Assembly (NCBI RefSeq): GCF_006345805.1
Contig: NC_043005.1
Span: 6,820,001 to 6,884,000, forward strand
Origin: Octopus sinensis
Lineage: Eukaryota
Reading direction: 5' to 3'
DNA length: 64,000 nucleotides
How positions within the stretch are numbered: the first letter of the stretch is position 1; each line of letters starts with the position of its first letter. The notes beneath the pieces are model-generated. The model made no database searches, was not told where the DNA came from, and saw nothing but the letters and a program-made list of their open reading frames with translations. Positions 37,975 to 51,458 of this stretch are shown here, in pieces. A program made the translations under genes and the position numbers.

Positions 37975-38760
37975 AGGATTTCATCCTCAGTCCTCTTACA
38001 TAATAGTCCTCCAGGCCATGACAAAGAAATTTAAGACTGGTTCCCTTTAGAAACTACCATATACTGAAGACCTCAATTTTAATGCCGTATTTGTAATAGA
38101 ATTAGAAAAGAAATTCCAGGTGTGGAAGTAAAACCTGAAATCAGAGAGCCTTAAAGGAAATGTAGCAAAGATCAAAGTCCTAGTAAGAAAAACAAACTCT
38201 ATTCTACTCTCATCAGAAAAATAGTCCTGTAAGAAAGGTGTTGGATGAAACTCTGTACAGTGTATTGAGTACGAGGTATGGGCACACATGAGGTGCTGTG
38301 GGATCACATGAAGGTTAACAGATTAACAGAGAAGGTAGACTTTGTGTGTGGCAGATGTGCAGAGGTAATAAACACAAAGAGCAAACAAGAAATGAATTTT
38401 CTCTGGTTTCTACACGTGATGCATATGCACGAAGAGAGCTGTAAAAAGAAGTACTGATCCCTTAATGTGGATGGTGCTTGCAGAAAAGGAAGACACAAGA
38501 AGATATGGGATGAGGTAGTGGAGGCTGATCTCAGGACCTCATGGAGAAGAGGACAGAAGACCAAGATGACTGGTGATACGCAGTAATTGAGAAGACCTGC
38601 CCACCCCAGTAAAACAGTTTCTGGAAGCACAGTGAGGAACATGGAGACCCAGAAGGATATCGGATGAAGTTGAGGTTCTTGGGGAGATGACTCAGGGCTG
38701 AAATGACTGATGATTCACTGTTCTTGAGAAGACCCATGCATTTCAATGGTAGTGAGACCC
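37975..38760 (+). pseudogene. Decayed RTE-clade LINE (RT core, Cys-rich insert, C-terminus)
   Basis: Relic reads LSPLL.IIVLQA.T.EFKTG.P...Y..DL; KKFQVWK.NL; W.H.RC.GI; FVCGRC; G..RKGR.KK.WDEVV..DL. Confidence 0.8.
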
Positions 38761-39779
38761 TAAAAGCATTATATGTATGTCTATACACTCACTGGTCCCT
38801 TTCCCTGCATTCAATTTGTCCCCATCAAGCCTCCCTTACCTCTCATCTTCCTAGCACCATTCATTCACTCTTCCAACTTCAGTACTATTCAGCAGCTATA
38901 ATTATGAGCAGAATATGTAAATTCCTTATTCTCCTTTATGCTACCAGTTACCTCCCCCTTTTCATGGAACCCCTTCCTTTTAAAACTCATTCTTTATTCC
39001 CAATATTCCCACTTTCTTTTGTACTAATCACCCTTTCTGTGTCTCCCTGTGATACATGTTAGGATTGCTATTACCATATCTTTAACACCTTCTCTTATCT
39101 GCTTCCATTTTTATACTCTGGCATATCTGCCCCTGACCCCACCACTCACTATAGCCATCCCTATGTACCTCTCACATCTATCTCTGCCTCTGTACATCTA
39201 TTTCTCATGCTCAATCCAACTCCCCCACCTTGCATGTCATCTACATTTTCTGATCTACATAAAGGTGCTGTTGCTCTCATCCCTTCTTGTAGTGCCACTT
39301 ATCACTTCCTCTTTCCTGAGCAATTCTTATTTTTATCATCTTCCTCCAGCTATACTGATATTTAATACCAACCGCCCTTGTTCCATTCCATACATTCACT
39401 CTACACCCATCTCTAACCATTTGTCACTCTCCTCTCACACCTTAATGAATTTCTCCATCCAAACTTTCTGATTCTTTTTTTGTATTCTCTCTTACACTCA
39501 CCTTCTTGTATCATGAGGGTACACCCTGACACCTCCTCACCACCATCATTGTCTTCTTTCCAGCTACTCCCATCTACCCTTATATAATGCAGGGTAGCCA
39601 TGTATCTCCTCTATAGCAAAACATCTGTGCTTGTCCTTCAGTCATGCTTCAGCCTGTCAACATCTGGTGTAAAGCCACCTCCCTTTCTACTATCACACTA
39701 TTCAGTCAAAGATCTTTTCTTTGTCTTGCAAGTTACTAGTGTCCCCAAAAATTGCTTCCAGTACATTCTGTAAAATATT

Positions 39780-39954
39780 GGGTCTGAGAAAAGATATCCA
39801 ACTGTAGAAATCATCCCGAAACAGACATTGGAGCTCAACACAGTTCTCCGGTTTGTTGGATCCTGTCAATATCTCCAACCCATGCCAGCATGGAAGACAG
39901 ACATTAAATAATAACAATCATCATCATCATCATCATCATCACCACCACCATCAC

Positions 39955-40033
<79 letters not shown>

Positions 40034-40037
40034 TCAC

Positions 40038-40078
<41 letters not shown>

Positions 40079-40300
40079 CCATCACCATCATCATCATCAT
40101 CATCATCATCATCACAACCACCACCATCACCATCATCATCATCATCATCATTTAACTCTGTTTAGCATGTTGGCATGCGTCGGACAGCTTGACAGGAACT
40201 GGCAAGGCTGCACCAGGTTCCATAGTCTGTTTTGGCTTAGTCTCTACACCTGGATGTCAACCACTTCCCAGAACACACTGGGTGCTTTTTATGTGGAACT
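39780..40300. repeat. Two diverged D-like ends facing each other across a ~235-bp (CAT/CAC)n tract (39918-40152)
   Basis: Plus copy ends ...CCAACCCATGCCAGCATGGAAGACAGACATTAAA; a minus copy begins after the (CAT)n. Confidence 0.7.
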
Positions 40301-40502
40301 GAGACACATGAAGCAGTGTTAATTGAAATATACATATATATATATACATACAATTGTATATGTGTGTACACAATCATATATCAGTGAACATTTGGATATG
40401 GAAATTAATTTCAGCTGGACCAAGCTTAGCACACATCAACTACTTAAATATAAGAATGATTTATTTCTTAGTGGGCCATGAAGGATGTTTCGATGTTTAT
40501 AG

Positions 40503-40544
40503 CTGATGATGCATAACGATGCAGAAATGTATGTGTCCTACATC
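40503..40544 (+). ncRNA. Hammerhead core with perfect stems II and III but no convincing stem I
   Basis: CTGATGA TGCAT AACG ATGCA GAA ATGTA TGTGTCC TACAT C; AUC cleavage triplet. Confidence 0.35.
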
Positions 40545-40652
40545 ATTTGGAGCCCAGTGATATATTTTCAGACATGGAAATTCTTCTCTCAAGACAATTT
40601 CTGCAACAAAGGTCTATTGACATCTGAGTGTGCATAAGTGTCTTAAATACAT

Positions 40653-41035
40653 GGAGGCGCAATGGCCCAGTGGTTAGGGCAGCGGACTCGCGGCCATAGG
40701 ATCGCGGTTTCGATTCCCAGACCGGGCGTTGTGAGTGTTTATTGAGCAAAAACACCTAAAGCTCCATGAGGCTCCGGCAGGGGATGGTGGTGATCCCTGC
40801 TGTACTCTTTCACCACAACTTTCTCTCACTCTTACTTCCTGTTTCTGTTGTACCTGTATTTCAAAGGGCCGGCCTTGTCACTCTCTGTGTCACGCTGAAT
40901 ATCCCCGAGAACTACGTTAAGGGTACACGTGTCTGTGGAGTGCTCAGCCACTTACACGTTAATTTCACGAGCAGGCTGTTCCGTTGATTCGGATCAACAG
41001 GAACCCTCGTCGTCGTAACCGATGGAGTGCTTCCA
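40653..41035 (+). mobile_element. Full-length SINE family A
   Basis: Near-identical inverted counterpart of 46-430. Confidence 0.93.
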
Positions 41036-41071
41036 CACACATACACACTCATACACACAGGTGCATATAAG

Positions 41072-41410
41072 TGTAGACATGGCTGTGTAGCTAGGAAGTT
41101 TCTTTTAGAACAGTGTGATTTGAGATTCACTTCCACTGTGTGCACACTATAAATTTTTTTTTACTATGGCTGTGTTTTTTCACTTGTTGAGTTTGGAGAA
41201 AGTGGCATTGCCCATAGCCTTTGCAGGCCTTTCAAGATCAGTTAGCTTGATGTTTTTACATCCCCATAACTTAGCAGTTTAGCAAAAGAAACTGACAGAA
41301 TAAGTCCTAGGCTTACAAAGAATAAGTCCTGGGATCGATTTGCTAGACTAAAGGTGATGCTCCAGCATGGCCACAGTCAAATGACTGAAACAGGTAAAAG
41401 AGAGTAAAGA
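41072..41410 (+). mobile_element. Diverged SINE family B
   Basis: Recognisable 3' half and tail; decayed head. Confidence 0.75.
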
Positions 41411-41649
41411 GAGTATCAACACCTGCAGGAAAGGCAAGCATGATGAAGATTCCTGAAGGCCAATGTTCTAAGAAGAAAGAACTAGCCATGATGGTTAGTG
41501 TAGGGTTGGATGCACCAGAAAGATAAGTAGAACAGAGGTTCCTGAGTGATGGCGGTATAAAGACCAATCAGCTCTAAGGGACAAAAGCAATTATAATATT
41601 GTAGAAAAGAAAGAGTGAAGATATCACATTTATAGGCAAGAGGCTGGAA

Positions 41650-42900
41650 CATGTCTGTTAATAATTGAATTCCACTTAGTCAGATGGCTCTTTTCTGGAT
41701 GCCTATGTCCAGGATGCCTCTGTGCATAGCAGCAGTACCAACCCAGATGTGGGAGCAGTGCTCCACTGTGTCCTCTCTTGAGTCTTGTAATGTGTTAGCA
41801 GCTGTTGGGAGTTAAGATAATTTCTGGTCATGAAGAGAAGAGTCAGTCTTTGGGATACTGTCTTTGTTATGTTAAGGATGTGCTTTTGCCAGGAGAGATA
41901 CTTGATGATAGGGAGGCCCAAGATTTAGGAATGATTGTTAGGGCTCAAGCTGAATGCTGTTCATGTTTAGTAGATACATACTTTGGTGATAATTTCTTGA
42001 TATGAGCAGTGATTGAATTTTTTTTTTTTGTGTGCTATAGAAAATTGATTGGCATAGCCTCACAGAAGACTCACAAGGTCTCTGTTCATGGAATCAATGC
42101 AGATTTAGTGTGAAGGAATATAGGCTGCATGCTGTTGATACATGACTAAGGTAAGTTAAGGAAGAATGAAGAATCGTGTCATCTGCATAAGAGTGGGTGT
42201 TGTTGGATGTGTCAGAAAGTAGGTCATTGAGAAAGAGAGTGGTGGACAAAGTTAAACCTTGGAATAACTCCAGGCTTGACGGAGAATGGGGAAGAAAGAG
42301 CTTGATCAACACATATCCTGATAGTGTGATTGGACAGGAAGCTACTGAACCAGGACAGGAGAGACAGATGGGAAGTATTGATAGGAGATTTGCATTCCAG
42401 ACATGGTTGAAAACTTTGCTGTTGTCCATGGTAATAAAATTGTTTTCACCAAGTGTCTCCGTAGCAAGAATCAATTGGCAAGAGACATAAGAGAGTTGGG
42501 TGGCAGTGAATCTGGCTCCAAGGAAGCAATACTGGGGATCAGTGAGTAGAAGAGAAGACAAGAGAGAGAGAGAGAAATTCAAGGTTTTGGAGAAGGTTAA
42601 TGGTTGTCTCTATTACCTGAGAGATGTTGCAGGTGAGACGAAAAGCTCAATAGTTTGCTAGATTAGATGGGTTGTTTTTTAGGGGGTGGAATGTGATGTA
42701 CTAATGTGTACTTCAAAATGTCAGGGTATATCCAGTGCTTTGTGAATGAAATTTAGTTGACAGGAACTGGAAGAAGATCATCATTAGAAACAAGTGTGGA
42801 TTGGTGATAGGAAGGAGTGTGGGAAGAGGAAGAAGTAGATTTGTAGAATGCTGGTGAAAATGGTGAGCATTATCTACTTGAATAAGCCTTCTGTTTATAG
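41650..42900 (-). pseudogene. Decayed CR1-group LINE RT (Zenon-like)
   Basis: ORF 42094-42582: LLTDPQY.F..AR.TA.QLSY...MD.SK.F..VW...LL...QG.TLS.TLF.NDLL...HSYADDT.LH. ORF 41703-41921: LSW.KHI..I.K..SQ.L..L...R.YL...QLL..YK.Q.R. Confidence 0.82.
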
Positions 42901-44989
42901 GTTAGAGAATGACATCTGAGAAAGAGTACTTACCGATTTTAGTTTGGGTAATCCTGGGCCTGTAGATTCTTTGACTGGCCTTAGGCAATGGTCCTCCTCT
43001 TGAGGTTTCATCATAAATATTTGTATAGCACGGATACTATTTTCCCTGATCTTTCTTTTTTCATTCATCAGATTTCAGTGTAAATCTCAACACTTTTGTA
43101 ACCAATATTTGTAATATCCTTTCTCATTCATGATCTTTGTAACAATAGAATAAAAGCTCATTGTTGTTGTTATAGTTTATTAGTCTGAAAATATACTGAA
43201 AAAAATAAAGAATAATCAAAACTTTTTATTATTCTTTTCAACGCATGTAAGGTCTTTCATTGTTTGATATCCTGTGTTTTATGTAAATGAAAGTATGAAT
43301 GAATATTTTAACTTTAAACTCAGTTTTCTCAATACTTGCATCAGTTTTATGTGGATGAATGAATGAAAATATTATTGTCTTTAAAATCTTATGCGTGCCA
43401 TGTAAATTCTAAAACTTGCTTTCTCAGTGAATATTCTGGCTTCACTGAAAATTATAGCCATATGACTATACTGAATGAGATGCTCTTGTAGCAAGCTCAG
43501 TTTAGTTTCACTATTGTCACGTGTTATTTTAACCAATCAGAGATGAGTAATCTGTGAGCCATGTTTTGGCTGTGAAAGAGAAGTCACTATCAGTCATGGC
43601 TGGGCTGTCAAATTTTATGTTCTCCCTCCCCCCTCCTCTTCTCTCCCTTTTGACATTAGCTTCAAATAGTGTTGATAGAATAATTTCTACTTTGATTTTA
43701 TAAGAAAGAAAATATATATCAACACATTCTGCAACAGAAATTATTCAGTTAACTTTGTAAAACCTGAAAATGTGTACATGTAATTGCAATTACAATTACG
43801 TAAAATTTCTCTTGATTGTTCAGGTATATGGCAGTCTGTTACATTGATTATGTTTGAATTCTTTCCTATTTTAACCTGTACTTGTAACCTATGTGCTGTG
43901 TGTTTATTCTACCATCAAGATCAGAAGAGGTCTATTTTCTGTTAGCATGTGGGAAATAAATGGAAAACTATATAATATAATTTATTCCTGTTCTTACGTG
44001 TAGGAAAATCTTTAATTACCTACTGTCTTAAATCAAAAGGAAATTAATAATGTTCTGTGATTCCTTACGAGCCCTTTTGAAAGTACAATAAAATGCTGAA
44101 ATAACATGTAAATATTGATATATGAAAACAATTCAGTGATAATTCAGTTATAGCTAAGAAAAATACTTAGAAGGTTTACCATGAATATATAAATTGCATA
44201 CACAATATTCTGATCAAATTCAGTTGCTATACTCATACTCCTATCATAAGTGGAATCAATGAACTGTATTACAACATATCAATTATTTATTTATAAATGT
44301 TATTATCAAAGGTTGGATTAGATGATATGCTTTATATTCATAAAAGTATTTCTTAAAAATCAGAAAGCTTTTTAAATATATGTATAGATATAGATATGTG
44401 ATTAAACATTTAAGCTTGCTTATTGGTATTTAGTAAAGAAAAGCAGCAGAGAGCAGTTTGTGAAAACAAAGGAGTGAAAAGAATAGAGAGTGATAGGAAA
44501 CATAAATGAAAAGGTATAAAGACTAAATGGAATATGGAAAATCTGGGGGAAGTGGATGAAAATAGATCATGGATTGAGATATATGACCTGTAGATAGGAC
44601 AATCTATTTATCTATAATTACTCTTTCTTTATCTTTGGGAGTTTTATTCCATTGAAGATTAGCCTGATTGTCATGCTCTCCATTTTAATTGAAACTGGAT
44701 ATTTGTACAACAACATATTGGCAGAAGATCATTCTATTGTCTTCAAACGTTCCTAATTATGACAATATTGGTTCTGTCCTTTCAATAACAGTTCTGAAAT
44801 TTCAGTATTTCTCCAATGATCTTATAGTCTGTGAGTTCTTTATATATTTATTTTCCCCTTTAATTTTTACTACATTCTGCCCCTTTTTATATTGCTTCTC
44901 AATTCTATTACATATTTAAAAAATATCCTGTTATAGTATTAGTTTCTTTGTTTCTAAATATATATATATATATTACACACATATACATA

Positions 44990-44995
44990 CATACA

Positions 44996-45078
<83 letters not shown>
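44990..45078. repeat. (TATC)n microsatellite
   Basis: Seen directly. Confidence 0.97.
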
Positions 45079-47924
45079 ATATTTCTTTATATTGTGCAAA
45101 ATTCTCTCCTTGTTTTCATCTATATTTTACACTCGCTATCTTTTTTCTAGTGTCGGAATCTTTGATCTGTTCCCTATTAAATTCCACCATTATCTTAAAC
45201 AGAATTGGTAATGTTAAAATTTTCCTCAACATTATTAATTTTCTGTTGTACATAACCTAAATCAATCTGATCTCTGTTATGTTCAAAGAAATCCATCCTT
45301 TTACTGTACCTCTCTCTAATTCTTCTGAATTAATTAGCAACATTAAAGACATACCAGTCTCCCAACTTAGACTCTTTCATCAAAATTCCTTTCTCTCCTT
45401 TTCTGTAGCTGATTTTTTTAATAATTTCTAATTTTTTTTTTCTCTCAGTTTTTCCATAATTTCTGTTAGCTTTTGCTTTTTCACTACTGGCTATTTTTCT
45501 TTTAGTTATATAAGGATGAGCAGAAACTAAATCATTAATAGAAATAGACAAGAAAGAAACATAGGAAAAGGGGAAACTGAGTAAGAGAAAGCAAAAAAGG
45601 AAAAAAAATGGATGGAGAGAAATTAAAATAAAAAAGCAAACATAGAAAAGCTAAAAACAGATCGAATGAAACTAAAATGACAGAGAAAGAGCATGTGCAA
45701 GACTAGGAGAAGAAAAAACAAACTAAAGAAGAAAAGAAACAAAATTACATAAACAAGAGAGAACTAAAAAAATAGAAAATTTTTTTATTATATTTTTCAT
45801 TTATTTTTCAATAGTATGAAGCCTTTTTGCTTTTAATAAGATTATAATAATTATTGATAGTTCTGTGGTATTGGAGAGGGTTTGGGCGTGTGATGCAAGT
45901 GGGATTGACAATGACAACAATAACAATAATAACAGCTAAAACAACTGTAATCAAAGTAAGAAAAAGAAAATAAAACTAATAGTATTAGCTTGATAATGAT
46001 ATCATAAAACTTCATACATCTATCACATCACACTGATGATGAAGATATGTATGTAGGAAAGTAATTTTAACAGAAATTGATATGTTCACATGTTTGTATT
46101 TATTCTCAGTATCTTTTTTTTGTTTTTGTTTAATTTTTTCCTACTTTTTTTTTAGGTCTCAGCTCCTTCTATAATTTAGAAAGCCTTTGGGTTATAATTT
46201 TTATTTTAGATTATTTTTTTTAGTTTTATCCATTTTTTTTATAGTATGCATTTACTTTTTTTTATTGGCAAAAGAGCTATATAATAAGGCTGTTAATTTT
46301 TTTATATCTAATTCCCTTGAGTAATTGTTGACCATTCAAGGGGTATTGAATGTAGACAGTGGTGGATGTTTCTCTATGACAGTTGGGATGTTGCTTGAAA
46401 TCAAAAGGAATGATAGCAATGATATTAATAGAGGGATTCTAGCAGCGTTTTATGATGGGGGGGAGTGGGATGGGAAAACAAATATTTCACATAGCCCCTC
46501 ATAGGAGATGAGGAAAATAGCAAAAACCCTTCCCTTGAAGCTAAACTTCATAATTAAAGTCTCCAAACTAAAATTTGTGATTCAGTAGAGGTTATGTCCT
46601 CCCCAAGGTTTTTTTTTTTTTAATTAAAATACACATGGGACATCCAAAAATAAATTACACCTCATTGGAAATGTAGTGAAAGGAAAATAGACAGCAGCAA
46701 TAAATGATGAGAACAAATGTAGACAGAGTGGCTGATAGCAATAAAGTTATAGCAATAAGCAGTAAAGTAATCATGATGATTAGGGATTACAAACCTCAAT
46801 TTGTGATTTGGAAGGCTTTTTTTTTTTTGTTTTTTTATCCTAGAATTCTAACATGCAAAATAATAATCCCTTCAATTTCTTGCATATTATATATTTTATT
46901 GTAGTAATCAATGAATATAAATTGAAAATAAAAGCTGTTTAAATTTAGAATATTGATTTCTTTTGACAATAAAGAAGGCTACATTTTACACAGTAAGAAA
47001 ATATATTTCATTGAATCAACCCAGAATATTATTATTATTGTTATTTAGACTTTCAATTGTGGCAGGGATGACAGACTAAAACAACTGTTAGGATTCTCAC
47101 AAAAAGATAAATAAGACAGATATGATAAAACATTAGTTTGGGGTTTAGGATTTGTGCTATTTCTATATCGTAATTTAAAATTGTTAAATATTGAATATAA
47201 AACTTTAATTACAACTTAATAAAATTACATATTGTAGTTTGTAAGATTCAAAAGCTTGCGCAATACAAGAAATTTTGTTTTGGGGTTTTACCTTTTTTTA
47301 CAGTTTTGGAAAATAACTTTTATATAGATTAGTTATAGATTAAGATTAGTTATATACATCCACCAGTTTGGGAATTATCTGTGAATAGGGTACAAAATAA
47401 CACAATATATAGTAGTTAACATTCTACAATCATGACACCCTTGGTAGTCCTTGGCTTTGATTAGCTACATTATATTTTATACACATTTTATGTGTTAGAT
47501 GTCTCTGTTTACTTAATAGAGTTTTTATTCATCATCATAACCACTTTAAAATCCTTTTTCTATGCTTGCACGGATTCGATGGAGTTTATTGCAGAAGATT
47601 TCCTTCAATTAGACGCTCTTCCTATCACTCTCCTATTTCTAGGCAATGTAATATTTCCCCATGGCCTGACGTATTCTCACACAATATTGGAAATGAATGA
47701 TATTGCTCATATTACAATGCAAATCATTTTTTAAATTCATTTTCTAGTTTTAGTAAGTAGACTATAATCGTGTTAGGGCACTGCTTTCAAGTGTTTTAAC
47801 TAATCATATCAATCCCTATTCTTATTTCAGTCTAAGATATGCTTTAAACATAACAAATTTACACAAATAAACATAAACACAAACAGGCACAAAATGCATA
47901 TACATTTAGTGTGTGTGTGTGTGT

Positions 47925-48310
47925 CATTATTCAGTTTTATTTCAAGATTTCTTGCCAACAGAAAAGAGCTGGTTTCTAACCTATATCCAAGGCTCCTTCA
48001 TTGAAATTTCATTATCAAAAAGGTATTTTTGTATATATGTATATGTGCAGATTTGAATGTTTTGTTTTATGTACGTCTTCTCATGCATATAGCCACATAT
48101 CTAGACATGCCCACATATACTTAAATGATAAACTTCTGGAAAGTTTTATGTATGTACATGTGTGTGTGTGTGAATGTTCTCATTTATTTTTAATTATAAT
48201 TATTTAAATTCTTTCTCTGAGGAAGGATCTGGTTCTAACAAAGATACAAAACTCCATCATTGAAATGCAGATAGCAAAAACAATGTCACATTTTAACTTG
48301 AGAAAAGTCT
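47925..48310. repeat. Dispersed-type repeat with a ~260-bp-period partial duplication and decayed hammerhead-like motifs
   Basis: 47966-48007 and 48225-48266 are homologous (CTGGT(T)TCTAAC...CTCC.TCATTGAAAT). Confidence 0.4.
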
Positions 48311-50107
48311 TGCATATTTTCACTGGTCCACTTATAGATTGTATTTGTAGTGCGTGAGCTAATTGGTCGATTTCTTTCTCTGAAATACCTAGCTTATCCA
48401 GATTGTCACTTAGGCATTTACTTGCAAAACCAGATGCATTGATTATTGTTGGTATAAATGTGAATTTATAATCTGGATATAGAAACTGGATCTTTCAAAG
48501 CAGTTGTCCATAGTTATTCTCTTTCTTTTCTTTTTTTACCATTACAGAATTTAAGTCAATGACTAAGAAAGTACCAAAGTTCTTCTGCTTAAGTCATGAC
48601 AGCTCTTAGGGTCTGTAATTAGCTGAATTAGGTGATGTATGATATTTGTGTGTGTTTGAGCAGGTAGATAAATAAGCTTCCACTTGTGGGTGTGCATGTC
48701 ACAAAAGAGCGCAAGTGTGTATGTTTCATTATTGTCTGTGTATGTGCATGCATATATATTCCATACGTATATGTGATTGTGTGCATATGTCAACCTAGGT
48801 ATCTTAAATGGATAATCCAAATTTTACTGTTCCTATAATTGATTGAACCTGGAGAATGCAAATCTGTCTGCTCTGTTTTGTTTTGCGGAGCCCAAGAAAA
48901 TCTGTTGGTATGTTGCTCAATGATATGCATGATAATAAGAACAAATATAATATATATCCTGGGTAAAAGGGCTATAGATCAGTTCTCCCTAATTATTCTC
49001 CTTTTCCTTAATTTTTGAATTATTCACATCCACTGGGTCACTGAACATATAATGATGCATAGCTTTTGCTCCCTGTCCCATACAGCAATATTTGGCTTGG
49101 GCTTACACTGGCTTGGGCTTACACTGGGTTTTATTGGAATGTTCCACTAGTTTTCTTTCATTTTTAAGCTGTAAACACTCTTTTGTTCTGCTGTGCTTTT
49201 CGTATGGCTGTCAGGAAATCCTTCTTGCATATAACATTTCAAACTGTCTGGGCAGTAATGTTGTGTCTCAAGGAAGGTAATATCTTGTAAATATGTTGGG
49301 GCAACTGCTGTTAATATGAGTGATACCTTCCACATTAGTATAGCATAATCAACATTTTCTATCACAGCATGGGGGTAGAGACATCCATATCTCTTTTGTT
49401 GATCAGGTATTTAGTAGTTGTCTCTTTTTCCTGGGTAGTAAAAGCACAGCCTTCTTGATGAGATGAGATGTGCTTATTGCAGGTCCAGAAGAGGCTGCTT
49501 GCTGGCATTCTCCAGCCTGTGAGACATACACCCATGCTTAACTTTCTGCTGGTGTGATAAGTATTTCTTTTCCAAGTTTCTATTTAAGTTACTCAGTCCA
49601 GCCATTCTTGTTTCACACAGAACAGCTGTACCCTGAGACTAGTTGCTCAGTTCTTCATCTAATCTTCTGATGCTGTTACTTTTGCAGATGAATAGACATG
49701 TGATGTACTCAATTCCCTCTTAGCTGTTTAGTAGGTCTAAGTAACATAATGTGGCACTCAACTACCACCAGGACCAATCTTATGCCTCTACTTCCATCCC
49801 CCTGTTTAACACAGATTTTGTTTCTGTCACTGCTGATGTGAAAGCTTCTGGCCTTTGTTAGTCTCTTCCTGGCCTTAATGTCCAAGTTGCAGAATTCCTC
49901 AAGTGTCCAGTCTAGTATCTCAAATGTTGGTGTTAGTGTTGATGTTGTGAAAAGATTGTGAGATATAATTTTATTGAATGTAGATAGCTCTGACTCCCAT
50001 ATTTTCCAAAGCCTACTGAAGTATCCCTTTGCCACTCTAGTTTTATTCACAGTCCCAAAAGATACAATATTCTCATCAATTCCAAGATATTTGTAACATC
50101 AAAGTAA

Positions 50108-50866
50108 AGGTAGGTTACCTTCTCAAGTCATGCCAACTCATAAGGGCTGGTTTCCCCAGTTTCCATGGCATATAAACCCCCCACCTGGATGGGACACTGG
50201 TTTATCACAGGATTACTAATTTTCTGCAAAGAGCACCATACAAGTGTGATCATTGACAAGCAGCTAACCGGCTTCCATGCCAGTGGCACATAAAAGGCAC
50301 CATTCGAGTGTGATTGTTACCAGCATCACCTTACTGGCACTTGTGCCCCATGCTAGTAGGGTGTTAAGAGCACCATCCGAGTGTGATCATTGCCAGAGCG
50401 GCTAAATGGCTTCTGTGCCGGTGGCACATAAAAGGCACCATTCGAGCGTGATCATTACCAGCGTCGCCTTCTGGCACTTGTGCCGGTGGCATGTGTAAAA
50501 AGATTCAAGCGAGGTCATTGCCAGTACCGCCTGGCTGGCCCCTGTGCCAGTGGCACATAAAAGCACCCACTATACTCTCGGAGTGGTTGGCATTAGGAAG
50601 GGCATCCAGCTGTAGAAACTCTGCCAGATCAAGATTGAAGCCTGGTGCAGCCATCTGGTTCACCAGCCCTCAGTCAAATCGTCCAACCCATGCTAGCATG
50701 GAAAGCAGATGTTAAACGATGATGATGATGCCAGCTGAGTGGACTGGAGCAACATGAAATGAAGTGTTTTGCTCAAGAACACAACATGTTGCCCGATCCA
50801 GGAATCAAAACCACAATCTTACAATCATGGGGCCAACACCCTAACCACCAAGTCACATGCCTCCAC
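50108..50866 (-). mobile_element. tRNA-derived SINE family F, split by a family D insertion
   Basis: Minus head TGGAGGCATGTGACTTGGTGGTTAGGG...GGTTTTGATTCCTGG at 50866-50790, then GTGTTCTTGAGCAAAACACTT. The 3' part lies at 50108-50221. Confidence 0.7.
50222..50729 (+). mobile_element. Family D retroposon with internal GTGGCAC.TAAAA.GCACC units and (GAT)n tail
   Basis: Matches the other D copies. Confidence 0.88.
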
Positions 50867-51458
50867 TGTTTGTAGCATTCATCACTGATGATTGGGGAAA
50901 TAAATAGGCCATTGATATTCATATTTCCTATCTGGTCAACAATCTTTCCTTGTGTGAACGCTTGTCCTAACCGACCTCCATTACTATGTCACTTTGAAAT
51001 ATTCATGTTGGTAGTCTAATTCTGTTAGTGGCTGTTGTGGTAGCATCTGTTCTTAATTATAGTTCTGTGGGCAATATTGTTGTCAGCCTCTTAATGGCAC
51101 TAACTACAGCAGTTGAAACCTTAGCAAAGCATTGTGACTCTAAACCCACAAGTGAGGGACAGAGTCACATGCCTTCATATAATCTCACCATGCAGTCAGC
51201 AAGTGTTGGTATGCTATTTTACTTTTTTAAGGACAGTTTTGCTGATCAGGAGTTGTTTAGCACAGCACCAAACTCTTTCCTTTCCTCCTGCCTACTTTTC
51301 TGTAATCACATTGTGTGTTTCGTAGTTATCCTGAAGGAATGCATTTGAGCAACCTGTATATAATTCATATGTTATATTCAAGCATGCTCTGGGCTTCTAG
51401 TTTTTGGCTACATACATATGGTTTTAAGCTAGGAGTGTTGTTCATGCAATAGAAATTT

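Noticed and set aside
38770-39640. ORFs in a pyrimidine-rich tract (similar tract at 2300-2790)
   Set aside because: Low-complexity C/T bias suppresses stops; no domain was recognised and the origin could not be assigned.
39853-40155. Poly-histidine ORF
   Set aside because: A (CAT)n tract formed between two family D ends.
40653-40730. tRNA gene candidates (also the heads of families B, C, E, F)
   Set aside because: A and B boxes are present, but there is no complete cloverleaf and each continues into a SINE body repeated in the window.
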